Origin: Acidimicrobiia bacterium
Lineage (GTDB): Bacteria > Actinomycetota > Acidimicrobiia > Spongiisociales > ZC4RG35
NCBI GenBank assembly: GCA_965203555.1
Contig: CBDBCY010000004.1
Location: forward strand, 1,184,001 to 1,248,000
Length of the DNA stretch: 64,000 nucleotides
Reading direction: 5' to 3'
Below, in pieces: positions 48,569-58,356 of the stretch. Below the pieces are notes generated by a model, which saw only the letters and a list, made by a program, of their open reading frames with translations, had not been told where the DNA came from and ran no database searches. The position numbers and the translations under genes were made by a program. Numbering within the stretch: the first letter of the stretch is position 1; every line of letters starts with the position of its first letter.

Positions 48569-49399
48569 ATGTTCACCCGCGACCAGGTGTGGCAGAGGCT
48601 GACGGACACTCTTTCGGAGGGAAGGCCCGTCATCGGAGCGGGTGCGGGAACCGGGATTTCAGCCAAGTTCGCAGAACGCGGTGGCGCTGACCTGATCCTG
48701 ATATACAACTCGGGCCGGTACCGGATGGGAGGGCACGGGTCCAATGCCGGTTTGCTCCCCATCGGGGACGCCAACGCCATCGTGATGGAGATGGGTGAGA
48801 GAGAGGTCCTGCCGGTGGTGGAGAACACGCCGGTGATCGCCGGGGTGAACGGGACCGACCCCACCCGGGTGATGGACCACTTCCTGGGACAGGTGGAGGC
48901 GATGGGCTTTTCGGGTGTCATCAACTTTCCCTCGGTTGGGTACATCGACGGGAGGTGGCGCCAGAGCCTGGAAGCGACCGGCTTCGGCTATTACCGGGAG
49001 GCGGAGATGATCCGGAAGGCGTCCGCGCGGGGCTTGTTCACCCTGGCCTACTGCTACGACCCCAGGGAAGCGCCGATGATGGCCGAGGCGGGAGTGGATG
49101 TGATGGTTGCCCACCTGGGCTTGACCACCGGCGGCAGCATCGGCGCCGACGATTCTTTCACCTCTTCTCTCGATGCCTGCGTGGAACAGGCGATCGAGAC
49201 CCGGGAGTTGTCGGAGGCGGTGAACCCCGACATCCTGGTGGTGCTGCATGGAGGTCCACTGGAGAATCCCGAGCAGGTCGACATGGTGATGCGCGCCTCT
49301 GGATGCCCGGGATTCATCGGCGCCAGCACCATGGAACGCCTACCGACCGAGACAGCTATCGAGAACACGGTGCGAGGCTTCAAGGACCTGGCTCTCTAG
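48569..49399 (+). CDS. Tm-1-associated TIM-barrel protein (PEP hydrolase-like family)
   Basis: GAGAGTGISAKF, IYNSGRYRM, GVNGTDP, HLGLTTGG, GASTMERLP. Confidence 0.9.
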   Translation: MFTRDQVWQRLTDTLSEGRPVIGAGAGTGISAKFAERGGADLILIYNSGRYRMGGHGSNAGLLPIGDANAIVMEMGEREVLPVVENTPVIAGVNGTDPTRVMDHFLGQVEAMGFSGVINFPSVGYIDGRWRQSLEATGFGYYREAEMIRKASARGLFTLAYCYDPREAPMMAEAGVDVMVAHLGLTTGGSIGADDSFTSSLDACVEQAIETRELSEAVNPDILVVLHGGPLENPEQVDMVMRASGCPGFIGASTMERLPTETAIENTVRGFKDLAL

Positions 49400-49444
49400 A
49401 GCAGTGGTTCGCATTCGCCGGCAGTCGACCCTCACTCCCCCACC

Positions 49445-50656
49445 GTGAGCCGGGTGGTCGTGGTCGGCGCCTTCGACACGAAGGCCGAACCTCTCGGACT
49501 GCTGGTGGAGACACTCACCCAGATGGGATCTCCTCCCATCACCATCGACACGGGAGTTTTCAGCGGCGACCACGGTTGCCACCATCCCGCCGGGGCTGTG
49601 GCCGAGGCTACCGGGCACTCGCTGGGAGAACTTCCTTCGCTCGGTCGAGCGGAGGCGGTCTCGGCAATGGCGCGGGGAGCCTCGGTGATTCTCCGAGAAC
49701 TGGTCGGAGACGGCCAGGTTGGCGCCCTGGTTTGTTTGGGGGGATCCAATGCCTCAGCGCTGTTCACACATCTGGCGCCGATCGTCCCGTTGGGCATCCC
49801 GAAGGTCCTCATGGCCACCTCTGTTGCCGGGGAGACCCGGCCCCTCGTGGATGGCCGCGATGTCACGATGATCTATCCGATCGTGGACATCGAGGGGGAT
49901 AACAGCATCCTCCGGGCAATGATCGGGCGGTTGGCCCGGGTGACGGTGGCGTTGCGGGGATCAGGACCGCTGAGCGACCCGGAAGGTTCAGCACGGCCGG
50001 TGGGAATGACGATGTACGGGTTAACCAATCCGTGCGTCACCCACTGCCGGTCGCTGCTTTCCGAGGCCGGCCTCGAATCGGTGGTCTTCCACGCCAACGG
50101 GACGGGTGGGCGGTCTTTCGAGTCCTTCATCTCCCAGAGGCTCGTCTCGGCGGTGATCGACATCACCATCTCGGAGATCACCGACGAACTGTTCGGCGGC
50201 CTCTGGCCGGCCGGGCCGGAGCGGCTTCGGACGGCTTCTCGGGTTGGAGTCCCCCAGGTGGTGGCGCCCGGGGCGATCGACATGATCTGCGTGGGCCCTC
50301 TTGCCACTCTGCCCGAGGGTTTCCGAGACCGGACCATCCAGGCTCACAACGAACTGGTGACCCTGGTTCGGACCACTGCAGAGGAGAATTACCGGATGGG
50401 CCGGACGGTGGCTGAACGACTGGGAACGCCGCAGGCCAAGACTGCGGTGCTGGTCCCCATGAGAGGGTTCTCCGGCCTCGACATCGAAGGCGGTCCGTTC
50501 CACGATCCCGAAGCTGTGGAGGCCTTCTTGGAGGGGGTGCAATCCTGTGTGGCGCCGCTGGTGTCGGTGGTGGGAGTGGATCACCACATCAACGACCGCG
50601 AGTTTGCCGAGGCGCTGGCGAGAGAAGCCGTCTCGCCGGTCGTCACCTTGACCTAG
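49445..50656 (+). CDS. Tm-1-like ATP-binding domain protein (UPF0261)
   Basis: GAFDTK, GIPKV, TMYGLTNPCV, FHANGTGG, PGAIDM, HINDREFA. Confidence 0.9.
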   Translation: MSRVVVVGAFDTKAEPLGLLVETLTQMGSPPITIDTGVFSGDHGCHHPAGAVAEATGHSLGELPSLGRAEAVSAMARGASVILRELVGDGQVGALVCLGGSNASALFTHLAPIVPLGIPKVLMATSVAGETRPLVDGRDVTMIYPIVDIEGDNSILRAMIGRLARVTVALRGSGPLSDPEGSARPVGMTMYGLTNPCVTHCRSLLSEAGLESVVFHANGTGGRSFESFISQRLVSAVIDITISEITDELFGGLWPAGPERLRTASRVGVPQVVAPGAIDMICVGPLATLPEGFRDRTIQAHNELVTLVRTTAEENYRMGRTVAERLGTPQAKTAVLVPMRGFSGLDIEGGPFHDPEAVEAFLEGVQSCVAPLVSVVGVDHHINDREFAEALAREAVSPVVTLT

Positions 50657-50666
50657 GAAACGGAGC

Positions 50667-52631
50667 ATGGCGTTCGAGAACCTGCTGCGGCCGGGGCACA
50701 TCGGGCGGATGTACATGCGCAACCGCCTGATCGTGGGTCCGATGGAGAAGTCCCTTGCCAATCTTGACGGCAGTCTCAACCAGCGCTACATCGCCTATGC
50801 CCGCCGACGGGCCATGGGCGGCGCGGCGTTGATCCAGTTGGAGTCGACCTACGTGTCGCCCGAGGGCCGGGGGAATCCCCCCCAGGTCGGATGCCACGGA
50901 GATCATGTCATACCAGCCTTGACCGAGATGGCCGGTCAGCTTCATCGCCACGGCGCCAAGCTGGCCATGGAACTCAACCACGGAGGCCGCCAAGCGGGGG
51001 TCACCGCCCACCATCGGCGCCCGATCGCGCCGTCGGCGATCGGCTCCACGTTCATGGACCCCGGGTCGGTCCCCCGGGAGATGACCCTGGCGGACATCCG
51101 GCGGGTGATAGACGATTTCGGGCGAGCGGCTGAACGATGCCTGGCGGCCGGAGTCGACATGATCCACCTCCACGGAGCGCACGGGTACCTGCTGGGTCAG
51201 TTCCTCTCCCCTCGTTCCAACCGGCGAACCGACCGCTATGGGGGTTCGCTCGAGAACCGGGCCCGCTTCGCGTTGGAGGTGCTGGCCGCGGTCCGCAAGG
51301 TGGTTGGCGACAGGTACCCGATCGGATACCGCATCTCGGCATCCGAATATGTGGAAGGCGGCCTGGAGGCGGAGGAATCGGCGCTCTTCGCGGTGATGCT
51401 GGCCGAGGCCGGGATTGATCTCATCGACGTGGCCGGCGGCACTTATGAGTCGATGTCGAAGATCTTCCAGGGTCCGGAAGCGCCCAAGGGAGGTTTCGTG
51501 GCGGAGGCGTCGGTGATCCAGCGGGCGGTCGGAGACCGGGTGCCGGTGAGCGTGGCGCAGCGGATGAACGATCCGGTGTTCGCCGACCAGGTGATGGAGA
51601 GGGAGGGATTCGAATACGTGACCCTGGCGCGGGCTTTTCACGCCGATCCTGACTACGTACTGAAGCTCATGGAAGACCGCGCCGAAGACATAGTGCCCTG
51701 CATCAGCTGCAACACCTGTGTCAACCTCACCGTGGCCCGAACTCCCGCGGGGTGCGCGGCCAATCCGGTTAGTGCTCACGAGTATTCGCGAACCACCCCC
51801 ATGAAGGCAGCCGTGCCCCAGCGGGTGATGGTGATCGGAGGTGGACCGGCGGGGATGCACGCCGCCCGCTTTCTGGGAAAGGGGGGACACGATGTGACTC
51901 TGTGCGAGGCGACCGGGCAACTGGGTGGACAGCTCCATTACCTGCGTAAGGCCCTGCCCGAGTACGGGACACTGGTCGACTGGTTGGCGCTCGAGTTGGC
52001 CAAGGTGGGGGTGACGGTGGAGTTGGGGCGTTCGATCGGCGTCGAGGACGTGCGGGAGGCGGACCCTGATGCCGTGGTTGTGGCCACCGGCGCGAGGGGC
52101 GGTTATCTGTGGGCCGAGGAGTCCGGTCGCACCATCCCGTTGTTTGACGTCTTCTCGGCACTGGAGCGTCCGCCCGGGAAGTGGGAGAAGACAGTCGCGA
52201 TCCTCGGCGGGGACTATGCAGCCTGCGCGGTGGCGCTCCATCTACGTCGGTCGAGCGTGGAGGTCCACATCATCGAGAGCGGCGCTTCGCTGGCATCCGA
52301 CGGGGAGTTCAACGGACTGTTGATGGAGATGGAACTCGACGCCGACCCGGGAGTGCATATCCACCGGGAAACCACAACCGAACTCATCACCGGCGACCGG
52401 GTTGGGATCCAGACCCTTGGGAAACAGAGTTGGCTGGAAGTGGGCGCGGTGGTGATCGGAGGCCGGGTGCCCAGAAACCGGCTGGCGGACAAGCTACGGC
52501 AGGCAGACCTTCGCGCTTCGGTCTACCCCATCGGCGACGCCGTGGCGGCCCGGGACCTATACGCGGCCGGCCAAGAGGCCGCAGAGGTAGCCGAGAAGGT
52601 GGGCCTGATGTCTCTGCCGGCGTTTATCTAA
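50667..52631 (+). CDS. NADH:flavin oxidoreductase (OYE domain + 4Fe-4S + FAD domain)
   Basis: HGAHGYLLGQFLSP, NRRTDRYGGS, CISCNTC...C, GGGPAG. Confidence 0.92.
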   Translation: MAFENLLRPGHIGRMYMRNRLIVGPMEKSLANLDGSLNQRYIAYARRRAMGGAALIQLESTYVSPEGRGNPPQVGCHGDHVIPALTEMAGQLHRHGAKLAMELNHGGRQAGVTAHHRRPIAPSAIGSTFMDPGSVPREMTLADIRRVIDDFGRAAERCLAAGVDMIHLHGAHGYLLGQFLSPRSNRRTDRYGGSLENRARFALEVLAAVRKVVGDRYPIGYRISASEYVEGGLEAEESALFAVMLAEAGIDLIDVAGGTYESMSKIFQGPEAPKGGFVAEASVIQRAVGDRVPVSVAQRMNDPVFADQVMEREGFEYVTLARAFHADPDYVLKLMEDRAEDIVPCISCNTCVNLTVARTPAGCAANPVSAHEYSRTTPMKAAVPQRVMVIGGGPAGMHAARFLGKGGHDVTLCEATGQLGGQLHYLRKALPEYGTLVDWLALELAKVGVTVELGRSIGVEDVREADPDAVVVATGARGGYLWAEESGRTIPLFDVFSALERPPGKWEKTVAILGGDYAACAVALHLRRSSVEVHIIESGASLASDGEFNGLLMEMELDADPGVHIHRETTTELITGDRVGIQTLGKQSWLEVGAVVIGGRVPRNRLADKLRQADLRASVYPIGDAVAARDLYAAGQEAAEVAEKVGLMSLPAFI

Positions 52632-52706
52632 TCAAACGAAAAGGGACCCCGTGCTTCATGCGGGCCCCGAGACCCGAGGGGAAACAGGGAGGTGAGCCTT
52701 GCAGGG

Positions 52707-52748
52707 CGGGTCAGGGGCCTAAGACCCCTGACCCGACTCGCTTTCTTT
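52707..52748 (+). terminator. Intrinsic terminator-like hairpin between convergent genes
   Basis: cgggtcagggg-N7-cccctgacccg followed shortly by ctttcttt. Confidence 0.7.
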
Positions 52749-52764
52749 ACAGACTGTGTCCTCT

Positions 52765-53178
52765 CTAGCCGCTTTTCGCCATCGCCATGTCGCGCAAGAT
52801 CACAAGGGCTGCGAGGGCATGACCGAAGACAATGTGGCCATAGAAGCTGGTCCCTATTCCAAACTGGAACACGTCGCCGCCAGCGATTAGCGGCATGATG
52901 AGGTTGGCGCCCATGACCCACCAGAGAAGGCCGTAGATCAGACCACCCACCACGATGTCCACCAGCCGGTTACCCAGCTTCACGATCCGCGTGAAGAATG
53001 CCGTGTACACACCGCCGATGATGGCGCTGAAGACAACGTGCAGGATGAAACCTACGAAGTCGTTGGCATTGATCATGCTACCGACCATGTCCTGCATTCC
53101 CCCGCCGGCGTAAGCGAGGAAAAGATATCCGGCCATGATGCCAGGGATGATGCCCCTGACAAATGTGTTGTTTTGCAT
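52765..53178 (-). CDS. Small four-helix membrane protein
   Basis: Four hydrophobic segments with GFILH, GLIYGLLWW and GHIVFG; lower GC; RBS-like AAAGGG. Confidence 0.75.
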   Translation of the reverse strand: MQNNTFVRGIIPGIMAGYLFLAYAGGGMQDMVGSMINANDFVGFILHVVFSAIIGGVYTAFFTRIVKLGNRLVDIVVGGLIYGLLWWVMGANLIMPLIAGGDVFQFGIGTSFYGHIVFGHALAALVILRDMAMAKSG

Positions 53179-53464
53179 GTTGCCCTTTCTCGGGGAGACT
53201 GCTACGTGTCAAAAGGCTACCCAGGAAACCGTCTCGCAGGACGGAACTCCACCACTGAAGTCGGAAGTTGGCCAGGATACCTTTCATGCCCTGTTGGCCT
53301 AGCCGTGCCGCCGTTTAGTGGTTTTTCACAGGTTACCCAAGCCCATCTCAACCATCCAGCGCCACCCAACGGGGGCGGTCTGTTCTTCCCGTTCCGAGAG
53401 GCCAGGCTCTATCAGACTTCGCAGTGAGCAGGATGGGCAGGATAGGGAATGTCGGGATGGGCCG

Positions 53465-55579
53465 TTAGTTCAAGGGGATGGTGAATGAGCGCGGCCCATT
53501 GGGGTCGCTGGCCGTTTTCCCTCCGATCGCTATTTCAAGTCCTGCCTCATGTTGGCGCACGGCGAAGTTGGCGCAGCTCGGCGTTCCGGGATTCCACGGG
53601 TCGTCGGGTCTTATGCCCAGAGACCCCTGCGACATCTCGGGGAGCGCCACCCACTCGCCGTCGATCCAGGCTCTCGGGCGGCGGATCGCCGCGCTGCGGA
53701 CCTGGCGGGCGAGACAGTGCGGCGCCTTAACCGTGAAGTCCTCGACGAACATCCCAAAGGAAGTGAAGTTTGCGCGCCTGGCGAAGCGTATGGTTCCTAC
53801 GAAGCGCCTGTGTCCCGACGCGAGATCGGTCACGTGCAGGGTTATCGCGCTACCCCCGTTCATCTCCTCCTCGGTGACCTCGAAGCGATAGGCCGACCCC
53901 ACCGCCCACGGATAGTGCATCTCGCAGTTGATTCCCGTTCCTTCGCCCCCGAAGGGGGTGCACAGGACATCGCTTGCGTTGTCGATGAGTTCGGCATCGC
54001 CGTACCCGGGGGCGTTCCAAACCGAGAACTGAAGCTGTCGGCCGAAAGGGATCCCGCCGCTCTGCAGGCCCGTATAACCCCCGTCCCACTGGATCGCGGC
54101 GTAATAGGTGCCCGCCGGGTCGGTCAGTGGGGTCATGTCGATCGAATATCCCGCACTGGCGGTCCGGTTCTTGATCCACATGTAGGCATGTGCCGCCGGA
54201 GGGTTGCTGTGGGTCGTGGACAGCGTTGTCAACTCCTCGCTCACCCGCGAGTACTGGTTCTCGACGGTGACCGACAGGGCGCCCTCCCCCGGCCAGCCCG
54301 CCACCCAGGTCGCCTGGAAGCGGCCCAGGGCGTCCGTAGCGCCCTGAGGAGGGTAAACCCAGCCCGAGTGCCGGTCGGTCGACCACCGGTACCTTGCGTT
54401 GACGACCGGTGACCCTCGGCCGTCCAAGGCTGTGGCCATGATTGTGTCCGCGCCCTGCGTGCCCGCCTTGGCGGACCTCAGGGCCGCAGGTTCCACCGCC
54501 ACCTCCGCAATCTTCTGTGCCACCGCCACCGTAGCCATGGTTGACGCAGACCCGGCAGTGGCGGTGATCGTGGCGGTGCCGTTGCTCACCGCCGTCACCA
54601 GTCCGGTGGCGTTCACCGTGGCCACCGTGTCGTGGCTGGACTCCCATGAGAACTTCGCGCCTGCCACCACCTTGCCGCTCTGATCCCGCAACTCGCCTAT
54701 GAGTAGCACGGTCTCGCCCAGCGCCGACAATTCAACAGTGGCGGGCGTGATTGTTTGCTGGACGGCGGCGATCCCGAGAGCCCGGGCCAAGAAAGTGGCC
54801 ATCTGCGCCCGAGTCGTAAGGCTATCAGGACAAAAGCGGGCCGGTTCTGTAGCACAGCCCGCGGTGATCCCCGACGCCGCCAAGGCGCTGATATCAGCCA
54901 GATGGGAATTCCCCTTCAACACATCAACGAACCCATTCGCAGGCGCCGGCTCCAGTTGGAAAGCTCTAACCAGAAAAGAAGCCATCTGCTGGCGGGTAAC
55001 CGGATCGGCAGGACAAAAACGAGCCGGCTCGACCGCACAGCCCAGGGTTATCCCCAGATCAGCCAAACGCTCCACATAAGGCAACCACCACTCCCCCGCA
55101 TCCACATCCGAAAACCTCGAGGACCCCGCCGGATCAGGTTCGGCATCGTCCACGGCCCGCACCAACCATACAGCCATCACCCAACGCTGGATCGGTCCCG
55201 CCGGACAGAACTCCTCCGGGCCACACTCGGTTCCCTCCAAGACGCCCCTCTCCAAAAGCGTCTCAACATTCCGCCGGTGCACACCCGCACCCGCTATATC
55301 CGAATACCCCTCCTCCGCCACCAAAACCCCCTCCACACCCGACAAAACCGCAAACTCCTGTACCACCCCCGAAACGGGACCCACCCCGCCAAACCCCAGT
55401 CCACCAGCGACAACCATGACCCCCACCACGCCCGCCACACCACGAACGGCTCTCCATCGTAAGATAACAGCCCTAAACACAGCAATCCTCAAACTCGGAA
55501 CCACACAACAGGTCACCAATACCACGGCCAAAGGACCGCGCCTTTGCCCCACTGTAATAAGTGACTCTGCCAAGGCCAC
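53465..55579 (-). CDS. Surface protein: SLH-like repeats + Ig-like (Big_2) + DUF3472-like domain; start uncertain
   Basis: FCP..VTRQQMASFLVRAF; WESS..VATVNATGLVTAVSNGTATITATAG; TYY..IQW.GGYTGLQ..FSVW..FVEDF. Confidence 0.8.
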   Translation of the reverse strand: MALAESLITVGQRRGPLAVVLVTCCVVPSLRIAVFRAVILRWRAVRGVAGVVGVMVVAGGLGFGGVGPVSGVVQEFAVLSGVEGVLVAEEGYSDIAGAGVHRRNVETLLERGVLEGTECGPEEFCPAGPIQRWVMAVWLVRAVDDAEPDPAGSSRFSDVDAGEWWLPYVERLADLGITLGCAVEPARFCPADPVTRQQMASFLVRAFQLEPAPANGFVDVLKGNSHLADISALAASGITAGCATEPARFCPDSLTTRAQMATFLARALGIAAVQQTITPATVELSALGETVLLIGELRDQSGKVVAGAKFSWESSHDTVATVNATGLVTAVSNGTATITATAGSASTMATVAVAQKIAEVAVEPAALRSAKAGTQGADTIMATALDGRGSPVVNARYRWSTDRHSGWVYPPQGATDALGRFQATWVAGWPGEGALSVTVENQYSRVSEELTTLSTTHSNPPAAHAYMWIKNRTASAGYSIDMTPLTDPAGTYYAAIQWDGGYTGLQSGGIPFGRQLQFSVWNAPGYGDAELIDNASDVLCTPFGGEGTGINCEMHYPWAVGSAYRFEVTEEEMNGGSAITLHVTDLASGHRRFVGTIRFARRANFTSFGMFVEDFTVKAPHCLARQVRSAAIRRPRAWIDGEWVALPEMSQGSLGIRPDDPWNPGTPSCANFAVRQHEAGLEIAIGGKTASDPNGPRSFTIPLN

Positions 55580-55629
55580 TACCAGCCCTCCGAGCCGCCG
55601 GGTGAAGCATTGGAGAGAGGAAAAACCAC

Positions 55630-55929
55630 ATGTCCGGATATGTCATTGTGACCGCAGAGGTCGGAGACGAGCCACTGTACGCAGAAGTTGTCAAACGGGC
55701 ACCTGAAGTTGTTGCCCAGCATGGAGGAAAGTACCTGGTGCGGGGCGGAAACATCGAGCAGGTTAGCGGAGGCTGGACAACCAACTGGGTGGTTGTAATT
55801 AGATTCGACAGCCTTGACCGAGCCAGGACTTTCCTCGATTCACCCGAACAGTCGGAGATCCTGTCCGAGATCAATAACATTGGCGATGATTTGGCCGATG
55901 TGAAGATCATCCTGGTGGAGGGCCTGTAA
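55630..55929 (+). CDS. DUF1330 domain protein
   Basis: HGGKYLVRGG, VVVIRFDS, IILVEG. Confidence 0.9.
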   Translation: MSGYVIVTAEVGDEPLYAEVVKRAPEVVAQHGGKYLVRGGNIEQVSGGWTTNWVVVIRFDSLDRARTFLDSPEQSEILSEINNIGDDLADVKIILVEGL

Positions 55930-56133
55930 GTCGCCTGCTCTCTACTATGTGCTGCGGAAGCGACTGCTCAAAGCCCCCGGTCCCCCAAACAAGACACCGA
56001 AACACCGCAACTTCGCGACAGCCCTGAGACAATCCACAAGGTCGCTACATCTCAGAAACAGGACACCTTAGGGGCGCTGCTACTTCTACAATTTCTGTCA
56101 GCCCGCTATCTCAACAACGAAGAGGAACAACAG

Positions 56134-56286
56134 ATGGCCGATCAACGGGAAACAAACGAAGAAGAGCGGCTACATGCGCTCTTCGACAAGTGGCACGCTC
56201 AAGCCCCGCCGCCGGATCGAGTCTATGAAATAGTGCGCAACCTGTTTGACAAGTGGCACGCCGAGGCTCACCAACAGTCAGACTGA
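56134..56286 (+). CDS. 50-aa small protein with a duplicated LFDKWHA motif (absent from the ORF track)
   Basis: GAGGA RBS; MADQRETNEEERLHALFDKWHAQAPPPDRVYEIVRNLFDKWHAEAHQQSD. Confidence 0.6.
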   Translation: MADQRETNEEERLHALFDKWHAQAPPPDRVYEIVRNLFDKWHAEAHQQSD

Positions 56287-56355
56287 TCCGCTACCAGTAG
56301 GGGACGGCTGCACCCGATCTTCGAGAGAACGAGAGCGCTCGCTTCGATCCAATAC

Positions 56356-57990
56356 TCAGGCGGACCGGGCTTGGGCGGCTAAGAGTTTGCGGTTGAGTTT
56401 GCCGGTTGAGGTCTTGGGCAGGTTTTCCACGTATTCGACCATCCGGGGGTACTTGTAGGCCGCCAGTTGGGTCTTGACCTGGGCCTGGAGTTCCTGGGTC
56501 AGTTCATCTCCCGCCCGATGCCCGTCGGCCAGCACCACCATCGCCTTGACCACATGGCCCCTGATCTGATCGGGAGCAGGGATGACGGCCACTTCTGCGA
56601 CTGCAGGATGGCGGACCAGGGACTCCTCGACCTCGGCAGGGCCGATGCGATAACCGGCGCTGGCGATCATGTCGTCGTCGCGACCCAGGAAGCGGATGTA
56701 GCCGCTGGCGTCCAGGGTGGCCTGGTCGCCGGTCATGATCCAACCGTCTCGGCGCATGCCCGCAGTTGCCGCCGGGTTGCCCCAGTACTCGAGCATCTGG
56801 GTGGGATCGCCCGGCCGCACCGCTATCTCGCCGATCTCGCCCGGGCGGATCTCCTCTCCACTCTCGTCCAAGAGGGCCACCTCTCGGCCCGGGTAGGGCA
56901 GTCCCATCCATCCGGGCTGGCCGGGCCACAGGGCCTCGCATCCACCCACCAGGTGGTTGACCTCGGTGAGCCCGTAGAACTCGTTGATGACCGCTCCCAG
57001 GTCCCGTTCGCTCCACCGGTGCAACTCGTCGGCCACCGACTCTCCCCCGCTGGCTATCACGCGGAGATCGAGGTCGAAGCGAGGACCGGGGTCGGGCACC
57101 TGCGCCATCACCTTGAGGGCGGTGGGGGTCAAGAAGGCATGGGTGACGCCGTTTCGACCGATGACCTCGAAGGCCCGCTCGGCGGAGAAGCGCTCCTCGT
57201 CGGCAACAACCGGGCGGCCGAAGACGAGAGCCGGAAGCAGTATATCGAGGAGTCCTCCCACCCACGCCCAGTCGGACGGGGTGTAGAACACGGTGGACTC
57301 GTCGAACTCCACGTTGAAGAACAGCTTGAAAGTGAGGAGGTACCCCTCGAGGATCCGGTGAGCATGGAGAGCGCCCTTGGGATGGCCGGTGCTTCCCGAC
57401 GTGTAGAGCAGCAGCGCCGGATCCTCCGACCACGTGTCGACCGGGTCGAAGTCGGACGGGTAGCCGTCGGCCTCGGACAGCGACCGCTCCCCCTCTCCGG
57501 GCTGTCCCGAGATGACCACCGTACCCAGAGCCGGCAGATCAGCGCGGACCGATCGGATCGGGTCGGCGTAAGGCTCCCCCACCACGATGACGCCGGTCGC
57601 CGAATCGGACAGGATGTGCCGGTAAGAGTCGGGACCGTACAGAATCGACATGGGAAGGGCGACAGCGCCGACTGAATAGACCGCCAGATGGAGAGCTGCC
57701 AACTCGGCGCCCTGCTGCATCACCAGCGAGACGCGGTCACCGGGCTGTACTCCCAAAGACACCAGGAAATTGGCGTAACGCTTGGCCAGTCTGATCAGGC
57801 GCCAGTAGGACCAGGTGTCCCGGCGCCCATCGCAGTGTTCAACATAGATGGCGACCCGGCCACGATCGTCGCTCCAGCGGTCGAAGACCTCCGAGGCCAT
57901 GTTCATCCGTTCGGGGATGTCCCACTCGAAGCCTTCCACCAGCGCCCGGTAGCCGCCGAAACCGAGCAGGTCTGTATCTGCAATTCGCAT
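56356..57990 (-). CDS. AMP-forming acyl-CoA synthetase
   Basis: YTSGSTGHPKG, EFYGLTE, GRDDD, GYRIGPAEVE, PKTSTGK; start set at ATG 57990. Confidence 0.93.
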   Translation of the reverse strand: MRIADTDLLGFGGYRALVEGFEWDIPERMNMASEVFDRWSDDRGRVAIYVEHCDGRRDTWSYWRLIRLAKRYANFLVSLGVQPGDRVSLVMQQGAELAALHLAVYSVGAVALPMSILYGPDSYRHILSDSATGVIVVGEPYADPIRSVRADLPALGTVVISGQPGEGERSLSEADGYPSDFDPVDTWSEDPALLLYTSGSTGHPKGALHAHRILEGYLLTFKLFFNVEFDESTVFYTPSDWAWVGGLLDILLPALVFGRPVVADEERFSAERAFEVIGRNGVTHAFLTPTALKVMAQVPDPGPRFDLDLRVIASGGESVADELHRWSERDLGAVINEFYGLTEVNHLVGGCEALWPGQPGWMGLPYPGREVALLDESGEEIRPGEIGEIAVRPGDPTQMLEYWGNPAATAGMRRDGWIMTGDQATLDASGYIRFLGRDDDMIASAGYRIGPAEVEESLVRHPAVAEVAVIPAPDQIRGHVVKAMVVLADGHRAGDELTQELQAQVKTQLAAYKYPRMVEYVENLPKTSTGKLNRKLLAAQARSA

Positions 57991-58010
57991 TAGGGCGATT
58001 CTAGAGAGCC

Positions 58011-58269
58011 GGCGGGTACCGTTTACCGAGCGGAAACCCGCGAAAATCACCCTCTAAATCGCGAAAATCCGGGACGCTTTTGCCGCTGGGCCCACCCCCC
58101 GCCGCCACCACCAGGAGAGGGACGCGCTCGGGTTGTCGGCCAGAAGACGCGTTCCGTAGACATATGACCTCTCTCGCAGAATGGATCCTGCACGGCCCGA
58201 GCGACGCCGGAAGGGACCGGGAGGTGTTTCGACTAAATCCAATATGCACGGGCGCCGTGACGAAGTCAA
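58011..58269 (-). ncRNA. Dispersed element copy B: promoter plus candidate structured RNA
   Basis: TTGACT-17-CATATT (58269-58241) followed by blocks homologous to copy A. Confidence 0.5.
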
Positions 58270-58356
58270 CACTTCACCGCCGTCTTTTTTCGCGCTTTTC
58301 CACAGGAACGTATATGCGCCGACTCCATGGGCTCCGTTCGTTGAGGTCGACCGCCC

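Noticed and set aside
57991-58272. Short ORFs over the dispersed element (58054-58272, 37228-37443) as real genes
   Set aside because: They start within the promoter and their similarity breaks across frames, so the conservation is at nucleotide level
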